Shown in pieces: positions 8,864 to 18,347 of a stretch of DNA of 41,108 nt. The notes beneath the pieces were generated by a model. It had not been told where the DNA came from, did not search any database, and worked only from the letters and a program-made list of their open reading frames with translations. Position numbers and translations under genes: made by a program. The number at the start of each line of letters is the position of its first letter. Position 1 is the stretch's first letter. Origin of the DNA: a virus (lineage: Duplodnaviria > Caudoviricetes); the IMG/VR virus record IMGVR_UViG_3300037851_000318, positions 1 through 41,108 of that record, one strand, 5' to 3'.

Positions 8864-10525
8864 ATGGCTAAAATAATTGACCCGGATGATTTGATAGTTA
8901 GTTCAAGCGAAGGCAATTTGGGAGTTGACGGGAACATATGGCTTGATACCACGAACAAAACATTTGAGCTTGCGCCCTATGGAAGCCTTGTTGCTAAAGA
9001 CGGAGTTACCGGAAATGCGATATGGGCGAAATTCGTGGATTTATGGACGAGTTCTTCGTATCAGCCGTTTCCTTTCCCGATGAACATACTTGATGCTCGT
9101 TCCGGCCAGTACATTTTCGGACAAGATCCAGGCGGTTCATACAATGGGTGGAAACCGGAAGGGGATGTAACACGGCAGATGATACGAGATGCCGGATGGA
9201 GCGAGTATTCGTCAGGCGGAGTATTAAACAGGCAATATGTCGGACTGGTAGCCCTTGCATCAGGCTTTCCTGCGGGCGCTCAGTTTTATTATCAGAAGGC
9301 CAGCAGCGGAGTTGCGGCTGACTTTACGTTTACGGATGCGCCGAATGAAGCAATTCAGGTATTCGGAGACAGCGGAAACGGAGACTTTGATAACCGCACA
9401 TTCTTCAAGCTCTTTTGCCGGGAAGAGGCGTATCTGTATGATGACGCAATATTAGGAGATGTCGGTGAAACCGGAACAGGTGCATACAAGGTGGCTTTGC
9501 CTATCGCGGTTGGTGCAGATCTTGATATTACCGATAATGATACCGACGTTGCAGCAAACACTCCATACACCGATATCAAGATAAGATATTTTGACGGCGC
9601 GTATTCAAAAGATGTCGATACCGATGGCGCACCGAGAAGTTTTGGGATTGTGGTAGATGTTGGAACTCATTCAGGCATCGATGGCTCTGCGCCCGGATCT
9701 GGTTCTGTTTTGACAACCTCCGATGGAGGCATGACAATCGATGCGTTCATAGGCGGGACTCTTACAATCCATGAAGGTACAGACGCGGGAGCATCCTTTC
9801 CTATCACCGACAATGACGCAACAACAATCACAGTAACCGGTACAATTTCATCTGGTTCCAACCTGTCTTTTACCGCACAGAAAGCAAGCCCGACGGTTGC
9901 GACGCTCAAACAAATTTACACCAAAATACAGTATCAGTTGAGGCAGGATGCAAATATCAATGCGGCATCCGGAACGGTTAACGGGAAGACAGCATCGATG
10001 TTGCTGAATTTTGTAGGCTCGTCCCTGAAGTGCGGATTTTACGCGCCCACTAACGGTCAGGGCGGCGGCTCCGGTGTGATGATAGAGGGTATTCGCGCGG
10101 CTGACATAAACAGTATCGTGTTTTATGATAACGGCGCTGTGGCGAGAGAATATCCATATGCGTCTGCCGGTAATCTGAACTTCAATGCGGCCCTTACAAG
10201 CGGTGGAACGGGTTATTACAGGATGTATTTCACAACCACACCGGACGGAGACGATTACGGAGAGGCAGCCGCAGTAACAGTCAACGACGCTGATGGAAAT
10301 CCGATAACCGGGACAATATCGGCGGGGCAGATCGCATTCACCTTCGACTATACGGGCAACACGCAGGGCGGCAGGGTGCTCTCGCCTTTGACTGATTGCA
10401 ATGTCACGGTAGTTGCTGGTAACGCCGGAAGCGCGAAACCGGTTGTAGCAACCGGGGTTATAAGTCAGAGTAAATCAATATCCATTACGCTTACGGCTGA
10501 AACAGACAGGGCATACCTGCCATAA
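8864..10525 (+). CDS. Putative virion structural protein
   Basis: 553 aa acidic, Gly/Thr-rich beta protein with AGGAG RBS, inside the structural operon. Confidence 0.65.
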   Translation: MAKIIDPDDLIVSSSEGNLGVDGNIWLDTTNKTFELAPYGSLVAKDGVTGNAIWAKFVDLWTSSSYQPFPFPMNILDARSGQYIFGQDPGGSYNGWKPEGDVTRQMIRDAGWSEYSSGGVLNRQYVGLVALASGFPAGAQFYYQKASSGVAADFTFTDAPNEAIQVFGDSGNGDFDNRTFFKLFCREEAYLYDDAILGDVGETGTGAYKVALPIAVGADLDITDNDTDVAANTPYTDIKIRYFDGAYSKDVDTDGAPRSFGIVVDVGTHSGIDGSAPGSGSVLTTSDGGMTIDAFIGGTLTIHEGTDAGASFPITDNDATTITVTGTISSGSNLSFTAQKASPTVATLKQIYTKIQYQLRQDANINAASGTVNGKTASMLLNFVGSSLKCGFYAPTNGQGGGSGVMIEGIRAADINSIVFYDNGAVAREYPYASAGNLNFNAALTSGGTGYYRMYFTTTPDGDDYGEAAAVTVNDADGNPITGTISAGQIAFTFDYTGNTQGGRVLSPLTDCNVTVVAGNAGSAKPVVATGVISQSKSISITLTAETDRAYLP

Positions 10526-10534
10526 GGAATAAGT

Positions 10535-11155
10535 ATGGGAATGACCTTTGACGGGGAAAACAAGGTAATCACGTTGACGACAGGGACGGTTGCCGTTAGC
10601 GTGAGAGATCTTTGGAGCAGATGGGTTGACTGGTTTTTGACCGGAGACAACTCGAAGTACCTCCCTGCTTTTGAACAGGTCGGAGGAAACCCCATCGATG
10701 AAGTCGCGGGAACATATATACCGATATATGCGTTCCTGATGAATGGCTGGAAGATTAAACCGCAGGAGGCAAACCATACGTTAGCCGTAAGTGATGGGAT
10801 TCTGCTTGTGAACGGCGGCGGCGATCCGTTCAACAATACAAATGGAAGCTATGTAGTCCGGATAAATTATCAGCAGCCGGTACAGGCTATATCGTACAGC
10901 ACGGAAGGTGCGGCTCCACCGACACCGGAGTCGATAGCCGATGCCGTCCTGGCCGAACTTATCGCAGACCATAAGGCGGTAAGCGGCAGTCTGGCTCAGG
11001 CTATAAACGAAATAAGGCAGCGCCATGCCGGTGCGAAGCTGGTAGCGGATCGGGATGCGAACACAGTCGAAGTTTATGACGCGGACGGATTAACCCTATT
11101 ATTTACATTGACCAGGGAAACAGTCGGAAATGTTGACACATATACGAGGAGTTGA
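10535..11155 (+). CDS. Hypothetical virion-associated protein
   Basis: 206 aa; RDLWSRWVDW N-domain, SIADAV linker; co-oriented and tightly packed. Confidence 0.65.
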   Translation: MGMTFDGENKVITLTTGTVAVSVRDLWSRWVDWFLTGDNSKYLPAFEQVGGNPIDEVAGTYIPIYAFLMNGWKIKPQEANHTLAVSDGILLVNGGGDPFNNTNGSYVVRINYQQPVQAISYSTEGAAPPTPESIADAVLAELIADHKAVSGSLAQAINEIRQRHAGAKLVADRDANTVEVYDADGLTLLFTLTRETVGNVDTYTRS

Positions 11156-11475
11156 AGATGCCCGATTTGACGGCATACGCGACAGCCGGACTCTTTACGG
11201 AGAGCGGGCAGGCGGATTTGACGGCCTTTGCATCGTCTGGAGTGTTGTCGGGCATTTATGTAATCGTAATTTCGGACGGGCGGGAGCTGATTGCCTTGCA
11301 CCGGCTGCGCTGGATGATACCGGAAGAGCGCAACCTGGAGATCGCGGAACTCCGGGTATTGAAATTGAGCATGGGCGCAAGGAAATCCGATATGGCGGCA
11401 GCCTCAAGACTTCTGACCCTGCACGCGGTAGAGAGAAAAACAGAGCTGTATGCTGACGAGGAAATAACATGGTGA
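11152..11475 (+). CDS. Hypothetical protein
   Basis: 107 aa ORF overlapping both neighbours (TTGA and 3' overlap). Confidence 0.5.
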   Translation: MKMPDLTAYATAGLFTESGQADLTAFASSGVLSGIYVIVISDGRELIALHRLRWMIPEERNLEIAELRVLKLSMGARKSDMAAASRLLTLHAVERKTELYADEEITW

Positions 11476-11771
11476 GATCATTCGACGACAAGCAGGCTTA
11501 TGAAGAATATTACATCGCTTTCAACTTTTTCCGGCTGCTTGCAAAGGGCAATGACACAATAGCCACGGCAACCGTTTCGGTTCTGGACGCGCTCGGAGTA
11601 AACAAAACGGATGTGCTTACCACTGTTGGCTCACAATATATCGATGAAACAAGGGTTTATGTTTGGGTAAAAGGCGGGACGGCGCAGCGATACAAGATAA
11701 CTTGCAAGATCACAACGGCTGGCGGCAAGAAATGGGAAATGGACGGATACTTAACGGTGGTGGATGACTGA
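11469..11771 (+). CDS. Fibre-tail adaptor-like small beta-sandwich protein
   Basis: KQ.YE...IAFNF...DTI...VYVWVKGG...YKITCKITT..G pattern typical of phage fibre adaptor proteins. Confidence 0.6.
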   Translation: MVRSFDDKQAYEEYYIAFNFFRLLAKGNDTIATATVSVLDALGVNKTDVLTTVGSQYIDETRVYVWVKGGTAQRYKITCKITTAGGKKWEMDGYLTVVDD

Positions 11772-12283
11772 TGAATACAACCCTAATCATAACCGGATCA
11801 GCTCCGGAGACTGTGGCTGACATAGACGCCGCCCTTTCCCTGTTGCGCCTCACGCCTCACGCCTCGCGCCTCGCGCCTTCCTTCATGTCCATCGGCAAGA
11901 GCGCAATGAACAAGCACTTGTATCCCATAAAATACATGGCTACATATCATCCGAATGAGATCGATGAGGCCAAACGGCTCAGGATAGAAGCGGGCGGGAA
12001 CATAGATTATAAGGTGATATCGCATGAGCAAAAAGACGGCGTTGACATTATAGAGCCGTATGAAGCGCCGACGGGATCTTCGGCATTATGCGGCGCTCTG
12101 GCCGCGATCCGGTTCGGATATAAAAAGATTATACTTTGCGGCTGCCCTTTGACGGATCAGAAATATGTAGTGTTCCAAGCGGGATGGACGGCGAAGAAAG
12201 AAAAAGTCAAGGATTATGTGCGGTCAATGTCCGGCTGGACAAAAGATTTCTTAGGCGAACCAACGCAGGAGTGGCTGAAATGA
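11771..12283 (+). CDS. Putative sugar-transferase-like protein (Maf/DUF115/sialyltransferase-like Rossmann motif)
   Basis: LIITGSAP N-terminus and GSSALCGALAAIRFGYKKIILCGCPL...VRSMSGWT; in-frame heptamer run at 11843-11881. Confidence 0.55.
   Translation: MNTTLIITGSAPETVADIDAALSLLRLTPHASRLAPSFMSIGKSAMNKHLYPIKYMATYHPNEIDEAKRLRIEAGGNIDYKVISHEQKDGVDIIEPYEAPTGSSALCGALAAIRFGYKKIILCGCPLTDQKYVVFQAGWTAKKEKVKDYVRSMSGWTKDFLGEPTQEWLK
11843..11881. repeat. In-frame heptamer array (TCACGCC/TCGCGCC x5)
   Basis: TTGCGCC TCACGCC TCACGCC TCGCGCC TCGCGCC TTCC, translated LRLTPHASRLAPS. Confidence 0.85.
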
Positions 12284-12885
12284 TAGTGGCGACTGTCCTT
12301 AAAAGCGGCGGGGAATACAATGAAAGCCATGTGGCGAAATTAAAGGCCATGATAGACAAATACGTCCCGCATGATCTCTTTGTCTGCTTAACCGACATGA
12401 AGCCCGATTGCAGGATTATCGATCTGCAACACGGCTGGCCCGGCTGGTGGAGCAAGATGGAGCTGTTTAAATTATGCGGGCCTGTGCTCTATTTCGATCT
12501 CGACACCATCATATTGAAGAATATGGCGGATATTTTAAGGATCGTCCGGGGCAAGAAGTTCGTGATATTGCGGGATTTTTACCGGGGCTTTCAAAACCCG
12601 AAGGCGATGCAGTCGTCCGTGATGTACTGGGAAGGCGATATGTCCCCGATATATACGGGCTTTAAGTGGAGATATGCGGATCCTTTGAGAGTCCCGGAAG
12701 ACATTCACGGAGACCAGAAATATCTTGAGCAGGTGGTGAATAATGCCGAATACTGGCAGGATTTCACGTCCGGGATTGTGTCTTATAAATGCGATGTTTT
12801 GACAAGAGGAGCAAGCGGAAAAGATGTCTGTATCGTGTTCCACGGCAAGCCAAGACCCTGGCAGCAGAAAATCATCTCTTATTAA
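12280..12885 (+). CDS. GT-A fold glycosyltransferase
   Basis: VLKSGGEY, FVCLTD, GWWSKMELF, VLYFDLD (DxD), QSSVMYW, GDQ, VFHGKPRPW; ATGA overlap start at 12280. Confidence 0.85.
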   Translation: MIVATVLKSGGEYNESHVAKLKAMIDKYVPHDLFVCLTDMKPDCRIIDLQHGWPGWWSKMELFKLCGPVLYFDLDTIILKNMADILRIVRGKKFVILRDFYRGFQNPKAMQSSVMYWEGDMSPIYTGFKWRYADPLRVPEDIHGDQKYLEQVVNNAEYWQDFTSGIVSYKCDVLTRGASGKDVCIVFHGKPRPWQQKIISY

Positions 12886-13495
12886 CCGCGACGGCTGGTT
12901 TGTGCCTGCGGCGGACAGGCACGCTTATGAAGCGATTATGCGGGAGGTGAAGGACGTAAACCATATCCTGCCCTATCTGTACGAATACAGGACGGCGATC
13001 CAGGCGGGCGGATGCTTCGGGGTGTGGGCGAAGGAGCTTGGAAAGTATTTTGAGCGGGTGTTTTGTTTTGAGCCGGACTCGGACAATTATGAAGCTCTGA
13101 CGGCAAACGTCGGGCACATGGAAAATATAGTCGCGATACGGGCGGCGCTGGGAGACAGGAACGGTTCGGGGAGCATGGACAGAATCGATCCGGCGAATAT
13201 AGGAGCGCATAAGGTAAAAGCGGGCGCTGAGTTCGATGTTCTGGCGATAGATTTTCTCGGCATAGACAATGTTGATTTGATTCAGCTCGACATAGAAGGG
13301 TGCGAATATATGGCGATAATGGGCGCGGTTGCTACGATACAGGAATCAAATCCGGTTATCTGCCTTGAAATGAAGGGGCTTGGGGACGCTTACGGCCACA
13401 CGGACGCGGACACAATGGCGCTCATGAAAAGCCTCGGATATCTGGAGGTTAAACGGTTTCACAGGGACGTATTGTTCAAAAGGATGATTAAATAA
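12824..13495 (+). CDS. FkbM-family SAM-dependent methyltransferase
   Basis: AIQAGGCFGVW, VFCFEPD, AALGD, DLIQLDIEGCE, PVICLE; start uncertain (may be near 12881-12902). Confidence 0.88.
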   Translation: MSVSCSTASQDPGSRKSSLINRDGWFVPAADRHAYEAIMREVKDVNHILPYLYEYRTAIQAGGCFGVWAKELGKYFERVFCFEPDSDNYEALTANVGHMENIVAIRAALGDRNGSGSMDRIDPANIGAHKVKAGAEFDVLAIDFLGIDNVDLIQLDIEGCEYMAIMGAVATIQESNPVICLEMKGLGDAYGHTDADTMALMKSLGYLEVKRFHRDVLFKRMIK

Positions 13496-13510
13496 AACGG
13501 ATTAAATAAA

Positions 13511-13617
13511 TTTAGGGTTCTTCCGCGATCCGGCCAGATCAGAGAAGACGCAAGAAAGAAATCAAGGGGCATGTCGGTGCCGACACATCGATATCGCCCC
13601 TTTTTCTTTGCCCTAAA
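13511..13617 (+). ncRNA. Candidate structured RNA (three-stem junction; also terminator-like) upstream of the tail tube gene
   Basis: tttaggg/ccctaaa closing stem; tcttc..gatc/gatc..gaaga hairpin; aaggggc-atgtcggtg/catcgatat-c-gcccctt long stem with G-U pairs, then U-rich tract. Confidence 0.55.
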
Positions 13618-13641
13618 ACAACATCAAAAGGAGGATTTATC

Positions 13642-14673
13642 ATGGCAACAGCGGAAAATGCAAAAATTGAATACGAAAGCGGTCAGGACCTGGTTGATAT
13701 GGTGGCTTTGACCGACCAGGGCGACCACATGGATTTCAGAAGCGCGGATCCGTTATGGTCAGGCAAATCGGGATTCGCACCGAACGTAAAACCGAACGGT
13801 CTTGCCACAGGCGGAGCGGTGATCCCGGCTGCAAGCGGATCAAACAACATGGTGGATGTGGCGGCCCTTACCTGCTACCTCGCGGGAGTTCTTGAATCCG
13901 TTCCGGCTGACACGGATGTGTCGGTGTCAAGAGGAACGACATCTCCGGCTGAGCCTTACCGGAAAACATCCATCACGGTTACGGCGGCGGGCGCAATCGC
14001 GGCTGTGCCGGGCGCGACAGGCGCTTCTTTCAGCACTGTCAGGGGCGCAGACGGCGGGCCTCCGTACATCCTGCCCGGTTCCATTGAAATAGCCCAGGTG
14101 TGGCTGTCATCGGCTGCGGCGGCGGCTATCTTGGCCACGGAGATCAAGCAGGTGGTCGGGGCTCAGTGCGAGAGATACGATTATCCAACGTGGACGGAGA
14201 AGAAATTCAACGTGGAGAGCGGGATCATCGGAAACGCGGGCGTATTGTTCGCTTCCGCCCTTCCTCTCATTCATTCGGCGGCTTCTCCAGTGGTTCCGGC
14301 GGCAAAAGGCGTCTATGCCGAATATTACGAGCCGGTCTTCACGGAAATTCCGAATTCCTCCGACTTCGTGCCTCCTGAGACATCATACAGCGTGTCGAGC
14401 AAGAAGATTTACCAGACGACTCTTGCAGCGGCCTCTTCATCGCTCGATCAGGGGAGCTTCACCGCGTTCATGCGGGACGGCATATCCGACGGTCTGCTCG
14501 CATTAAAGGGCGCGACGATCTTCTTCAGATTCTATCAGAACAAGCTGAACTCCCTGCCCTACATATTAAGCCAGGGGATTCTCGGCGTAAAAAGGACGTT
14601 CCCTGCCGGAGACCAGATCGCGGCGTCCTGCACCATATCGCCGGAAGAGGCTGCTGTGGAAGTGACGGGATAA
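13642..14673 (+). CDS. Major tail (tube) protein, probable
   Basis: 343 aa, strong AGGAGG RBS; immediately upstream of the frameshifted chaperone and tape measure genes. Confidence 0.7.
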   Translation: MATAENAKIEYESGQDLVDMVALTDQGDHMDFRSADPLWSGKSGFAPNVKPNGLATGGAVIPAASGSNNMVDVAALTCYLAGVLESVPADTDVSVSRGTTSPAEPYRKTSITVTAAGAIAAVPGATGASFSTVRGADGGPPYILPGSIEIAQVWLSSAAAAAILATEIKQVVGAQCERYDYPTWTEKKFNVESGIIGNAGVLFASALPLIHSAASPVVPAAKGVYAEYYEPVFTEIPNSSDFVPPETSYSVSSKKIYQTTLAAASSSLDQGSFTAFMRDGISDGLLALKGATIFFRFYQNKLNSLPYILSQGILGVKRTFPAGDQIAASCTISPEEAAVEVTG

Positions 14674-14674
14674 G

Positions 14675-14798
14675 AAAAGCAGAATATCGAATATAGAATA
14701 TCGGACATCGAATGAAAAAGGAAGCGAAATTCTATATTCGAAATTCGAAATTCGAGCGGTTTTAAAAACCATAAACCAGAAACCAGGAACCATAAACC
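14675..14798. repeat. Heptamer modules: CGAATAT array, inverted ATTCGAA array, CATAAAC array
   Basis: AAAAGC AGAATAT CGAATAT AGAATAT CGGACAT CGAA ... CTATATT CGAAATT CGAAATT CGAGCGGTTTT AAAAAC CATAAAC CAGAAAC CAGGAAC CATAAAC C-ATG. Confidence 0.92.
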
Positions 14799-15308
14799 AT
14801 GTTTAACACCAAGAAGTTTTTGAAGACGAAGTTTGTGGCCAGGACATTTGATGTGCCGGTCCCGGACATGAAGGATTTTTTCGAGGAGGGGGCGCCCGCG
14901 ATATGGAAAGTGCGCGGGCTTACCGGCCAGGAGCTGGGCAGGGCGAATGAAGCGGCGGGCAAGCATAAAAGCATTGTGGCGATAATCGAAGGGGTGATGT
15001 CAACCTCGTCGAAAGATAACGCGGATGCCGTGAAGGATCTGCTCGGCCTCGGAACAGACACTCCGGCTGATGTGGCCAAAAGAATGGAACATATCTGCAT
15101 GGGAAGCGTTGAGCCGAAATGTCCGCTCGATCTGGCGGTCCGGATCTGCGAGACGTTCCCGATAGAATTCTACCAGATCACAAACAAGATCATGGAGCTG
15201 ACCGGGCAGGGCCAAGTCCCGGGAAAACCGAAGCCCTCTGGAGGGACGCAGGCGTCCGGAACAGCCTTGCCCTCTGCAACTCCAGAGGGCGATTCCTCTA
15301 CGAAGTGA
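14799..15308 (+). CDS. Tail assembly chaperone (gpG-like)
   Basis: WKVRGLTGQEL...I.ELTG.G..PGK; between tube and tape measure; contains slippery G GGA AAA. Confidence 0.85.
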   Translation: MFNTKKFLKTKFVARTFDVPVPDMKDFFEEGAPAIWKVRGLTGQELGRANEAAGKHKSIVAIIEGVMSTSSKDNADAVKDLLGLGTDTPADVAKRMEHICMGSVEPKCPLDLAVRICETFPIEFYQITNKIMELTGQGQVPGKPKPSGGTQASGTALPSATPEGDSSTK

Positions 15309-15391
15309 GGCCGGATTTGTTTCCGCAGGACTATCTCACGGATACCGAGATCGATCTGTGGGAGAAATATTATAAGCATTTAAAGCAGTGA
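14799..15391 (+). CDS. gpGT-like -1 frameshift product
   Basis: X XXY YYZ heptamer GGGAAAA at 15221-15227 in the correct phase; the -1 frame stays open to 15391 and ends LTDTEIDLWEKYYK. Confidence 0.8.
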
Positions 15392-15527
15392 AAAGCCGAA
15401 TATCGAATATCGTACATCGAATATCGGAAAAACCGAACATCGAACATCGAACATCGAACATCGGAAAAGCGGAAAACGAATGAAAAAGGAAGCGAAAATC
15501 TATATTCGAAATTCGATATTCGGCGGT
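15391..15527. repeat. Heptamer modules CGAATAT x4, CGAACAT x4 and inverted ATTCGAA array
   Basis: AAAAGC (CGAATAT-type)x4 CGG AAAAAC (CGAACAT)x4 CGG AAAAGC; 15477-15522 matches 14709-14754 at 44 of 46 bp. Confidence 0.92.
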
Positions 15528-15532
15528 GATAA

Positions 15533-18220
15533 ATGGCTGACCTAACCAAGACAATCGAGATAATATTCGGCGGAAAAGACGAAATCACGCAGACGTTTCG
15601 CGGGATTGAAAGCGGCCTGGACAGCTTTACGAACAAAATGGGGTCGGCTACGCAGCCTATCGCGGATCTGACCGATTCGGTTGTCAAGGTTGATGCCGCG
15701 CTGATAGCTCTTGCAATCGGCGGTATGGCTCTTGCAATCAAGGAATCATCTGATTTCAATTCGTCATTTGCCCTGATCTCCACGTCCATTACAGCGTCCG
15801 GGGAAGACCTGGAGAAATTCAGAAATGACGTCCTGAATTATTCCACCACTTCCGTAAAATCGATTGAGGACATCAATTCATCCCTTTATACGGCGGCCCA
15901 GGCCGGAGTGCAATATGGCGACTCCCTGGCATTTATAGCCAAAGCGGAAGAGCTTGCCGTGGCGAACAAGGCGAATCTTAACACAACGGTTGATCTGCTC
16001 ACGGGCACAATGAACGCCTATGGGTTTACGGTTAAGGATCTCGGTCATATAAACGACGTCTTTTTCACATCAACTTTGATCGGGAAGCAGACAATCGATG
16101 AGCTTGGCGGAAGTATGGGAAATGTCGTCGGAATCGCGGCAAACTCCGGGGTATCGTTTGAGGATTTGTCCGCCGCAATTGCCACATTGACGGCAAAAGG
16201 GCTTGGCACCGAAGAAGCAATCACGGCTGTCAAGGGCGTAATCACGGCCATTATCAGCCCGTCGAAACAGGCCGCTGATGCGGCAGCCGCCCTGGGACTT
16301 AATTTCAGCCTGACAGAACTGAGCTCCAAGGGGTTTGCTGCGATGCTGGCCGAGATCATGACAAAGACGGGTGGGAGCGCCGAGGAGATGGTGAAACTTT
16401 TCTCCGAAGTTCGCGCCATGAACGGCGTCCTGGGACTTACCGGCGACAGCATGACATTTTTTAATCAGGCTCTTGACCGGATTATAAACTCAGCGGGGAA
16501 CACCGAAGAAGCATACAAGAAGATGGTCGCGACGTTTGAAAGCCAGTCGCAGATGCTTATCAACTCCGCAAAAGCTGTGCTGGTTTCGGTAGGAACGGAG
16601 ATCGAGCCGATTGCGCTGGGAATATCAACCGCGTTTGGAGATATATTCAAAGGAATCAAGGCGGGAATAGATTCCGGGGCGTTTGATCCGCTCTTTGAAT
16701 ATCTCAAAAAGGTCGGGGGCGATATAGCTTTATTCTTCCAGGGCGTCGCGAAAGCCTTACCCGGCGCACTTGAGAATATTGATTTTACTCCGCTTCTTGA
16801 TTCGTTCGACAATCTCGGGAAGGCTCTTGGCACAGCGTTCAAGGCTTTTTTCGGGAATCTTGATCTTACCACTCCGGAAGGACTTGCGGAGGCTTTGAAC
16901 AAGGTCATCAAGGCGTTTGCCACGTTAAATGAAGTCGTAGCCGGCATAATCAAATCCTTCGGCCCGGCGCTTGAAGCGCTGGGCGATTTTGTGGATAACT
17001 TCATCAATGCGGAGGCTTCCACAAAAGACTTTATCGGAACATTGATGGGCATCGGCACCCAGATAAACATGGTGGCTGATAACATCGGTGATTTCGTCAA
17101 TGTCATGTATCTCCTTACCGGCGTCACCTTCGTAAATGCCGGAATCAGCGCTTATAATTTCATGTCGCAGCTCACATTGCTTTCCGGGACAATGTCTGTT
17201 TTGGGCGCGAGCGTTACAAGCCTGAGCCAGCTTCTTGGCGGAGGCGGGCTTGCTTTTGCGATAGGGTACGGAGTCGGGGAAATTGTCCGGCTAATTCCGG
17301 GAGTTGATACGGCGGCGCAGTCATTTGCGGCCTGGACGGACAAGATTTTCAACTGGACCGGCACACAGGGCAAAGCCAACGAAATGACCGCTGAAATGGC
17401 GGAGAGGGTCAGGATCGGAAACGAACGGCTTGCGGCCATGAGGGAGACGGTGAACACCCTTCCGGCGGCCAAAGCAACGTCCGTGACGGTTGAGAATGTC
17501 GAGAAAGCCTCCGCCGCTGTTACGGATTTCAAGGCCAGGATCGACACCGTGCCTGAGAAGCGCACCGTCGGCGTTGAAGTCCTGGCAGATGGAACATCCA
17601 TAGAAACCACAAAAGACATTATCATCAAAACCTTTCCGGACGGCTCGACCCTTATCACGAATGTAGGATTAAAAACAGATGCAGCCAACCTTGCTGATAC
17701 AAAGAAGAAAGTTGACGATGCCGTCCCCGCTTCAAAGGTGATGGAAATTCAGGCAAGTATCGACATCGCGAAGATAAAGGCAGCTTCCGATATAGTTCAG
17801 TCATCTATTGAGTGGACGGCGAAGGTTGATATAGCTCAAATTGAAGCTAGTACGAAAATTGTCGAGTCGATGTTTGATTCTATTAACAATACGATAACAT
17901 CAACCGGTGAAACCCTTTCTTCCATGATTGGCTCAATCGCGGATATGAATTCAAGCTCACAGTCCTGGGAAATACTCGATTTGGCAAAAGAGGAAATGCA
18001 GTTGCGGAAAGATGCTATTGATTTGCAAAAGAAATTAACCGAGGCTGAGATAGCCTTAATAAATCAGCAGGCTGAAAAGATGAAAGCGGGCGGCGCGATG
18101 ATAGAAATCGACGGCAAGGGATTGCAGCCGCATCTTGAAGCCTTCATGTTCGAGATCCTCTCCGCGATCCAGGTGAAGGCTAACGCAGAGGGCATGAAAT
18201 TCTTGGTGGGAACAACTTAA
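15533..18220 (+). CDS. Tail tape measure protein (TP901-like)
   Basis: 895 aa helical; LY.AAQAG, GKQTIDELG.SMG.V, GVSFEDLSAAIATLT motifs. Confidence 0.92.
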   Translation: MADLTKTIEIIFGGKDEITQTFRGIESGLDSFTNKMGSATQPIADLTDSVVKVDAALIALAIGGMALAIKESSDFNSSFALISTSITASGEDLEKFRNDVLNYSTTSVKSIEDINSSLYTAAQAGVQYGDSLAFIAKAEELAVANKANLNTTVDLLTGTMNAYGFTVKDLGHINDVFFTSTLIGKQTIDELGGSMGNVVGIAANSGVSFEDLSAAIATLTAKGLGTEEAITAVKGVITAIISPSKQAADAAAALGLNFSLTELSSKGFAAMLAEIMTKTGGSAEEMVKLFSEVRAMNGVLGLTGDSMTFFNQALDRIINSAGNTEEAYKKMVATFESQSQMLINSAKAVLVSVGTEIEPIALGISTAFGDIFKGIKAGIDSGAFDPLFEYLKKVGGDIALFFQGVAKALPGALENIDFTPLLDSFDNLGKALGTAFKAFFGNLDLTTPEGLAEALNKVIKAFATLNEVVAGIIKSFGPALEALGDFVDNFINAEASTKDFIGTLMGIGTQINMVADNIGDFVNVMYLLTGVTFVNAGISAYNFMSQLTLLSGTMSVLGASVTSLSQLLGGGGLAFAIGYGVGEIVRLIPGVDTAAQSFAAWTDKIFNWTGTQGKANEMTAEMAERVRIGNERLAAMRETVNTLPAAKATSVTVENVEKASAAVTDFKARIDTVPEKRTVGVEVLADGTSIETTKDIIIKTFPDGSTLITNVGLKTDAANLADTKKKVDDAVPASKVMEIQASIDIAKIKAASDIVQSSIEWTAKVDIAQIEASTKIVESMFDSINNTITSTGETLSSMIGSIADMNSSSQSWEILDLAKEEMQLRKDAIDLQKKLTEAEIALINQQAEKMKAGGAMIEIDGKGLQPHLEAFMFEILSAIQVKANAEGMKFLVGTT

Positions 18221-18327
18221 AAGCCGAAGATCGTACATCGTACATCGAACATCGGAAAAGCGAAGCACGAAGTACGAAATTCGAAGGACGGCTTTAATCG
18301 AAGTACGATGTACGAAGTACGGTTTTT
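18219..18327. repeat. Heptamer modules CGTACAT x4 and inverted GAAGTAC arrays
   Basis: AAAAGC CGAAGAT CGTACAT CGTACAT CGAACAT CGG AAAAGC GAAGCAC GAAGTAC GAAATTC GAAGGAC GGCTTT ... GAAGTAC GATGTAC GAAGTAC GGTTTTT. Confidence 0.92.
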
Positions 18328-18347
18328 AAGCGAGAGGGTAAAAAGCA

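Noticed and set aside
12136-12279. 48-aa N-terminal extension of the glycosyltransferase in the ORF track
   Set aside because: It overlaps the upstream gene; the ATGA-coupled start at 12280 with an AGGAG RBS fits better
14675-15527. Repeat clusters as a CRISPR array
   Set aside because: Units are 7-8 nt and tandem, with no 25-45 bp repeats separated by unique spacers and no cas genes
16045-17688. Long minus-strand ORFs opposite the tape measure (also opposite portal, capsid and integrase)
   Set aside because: Shadow ORFs of strongly supported genes on the other strand, with no recognisable motifs
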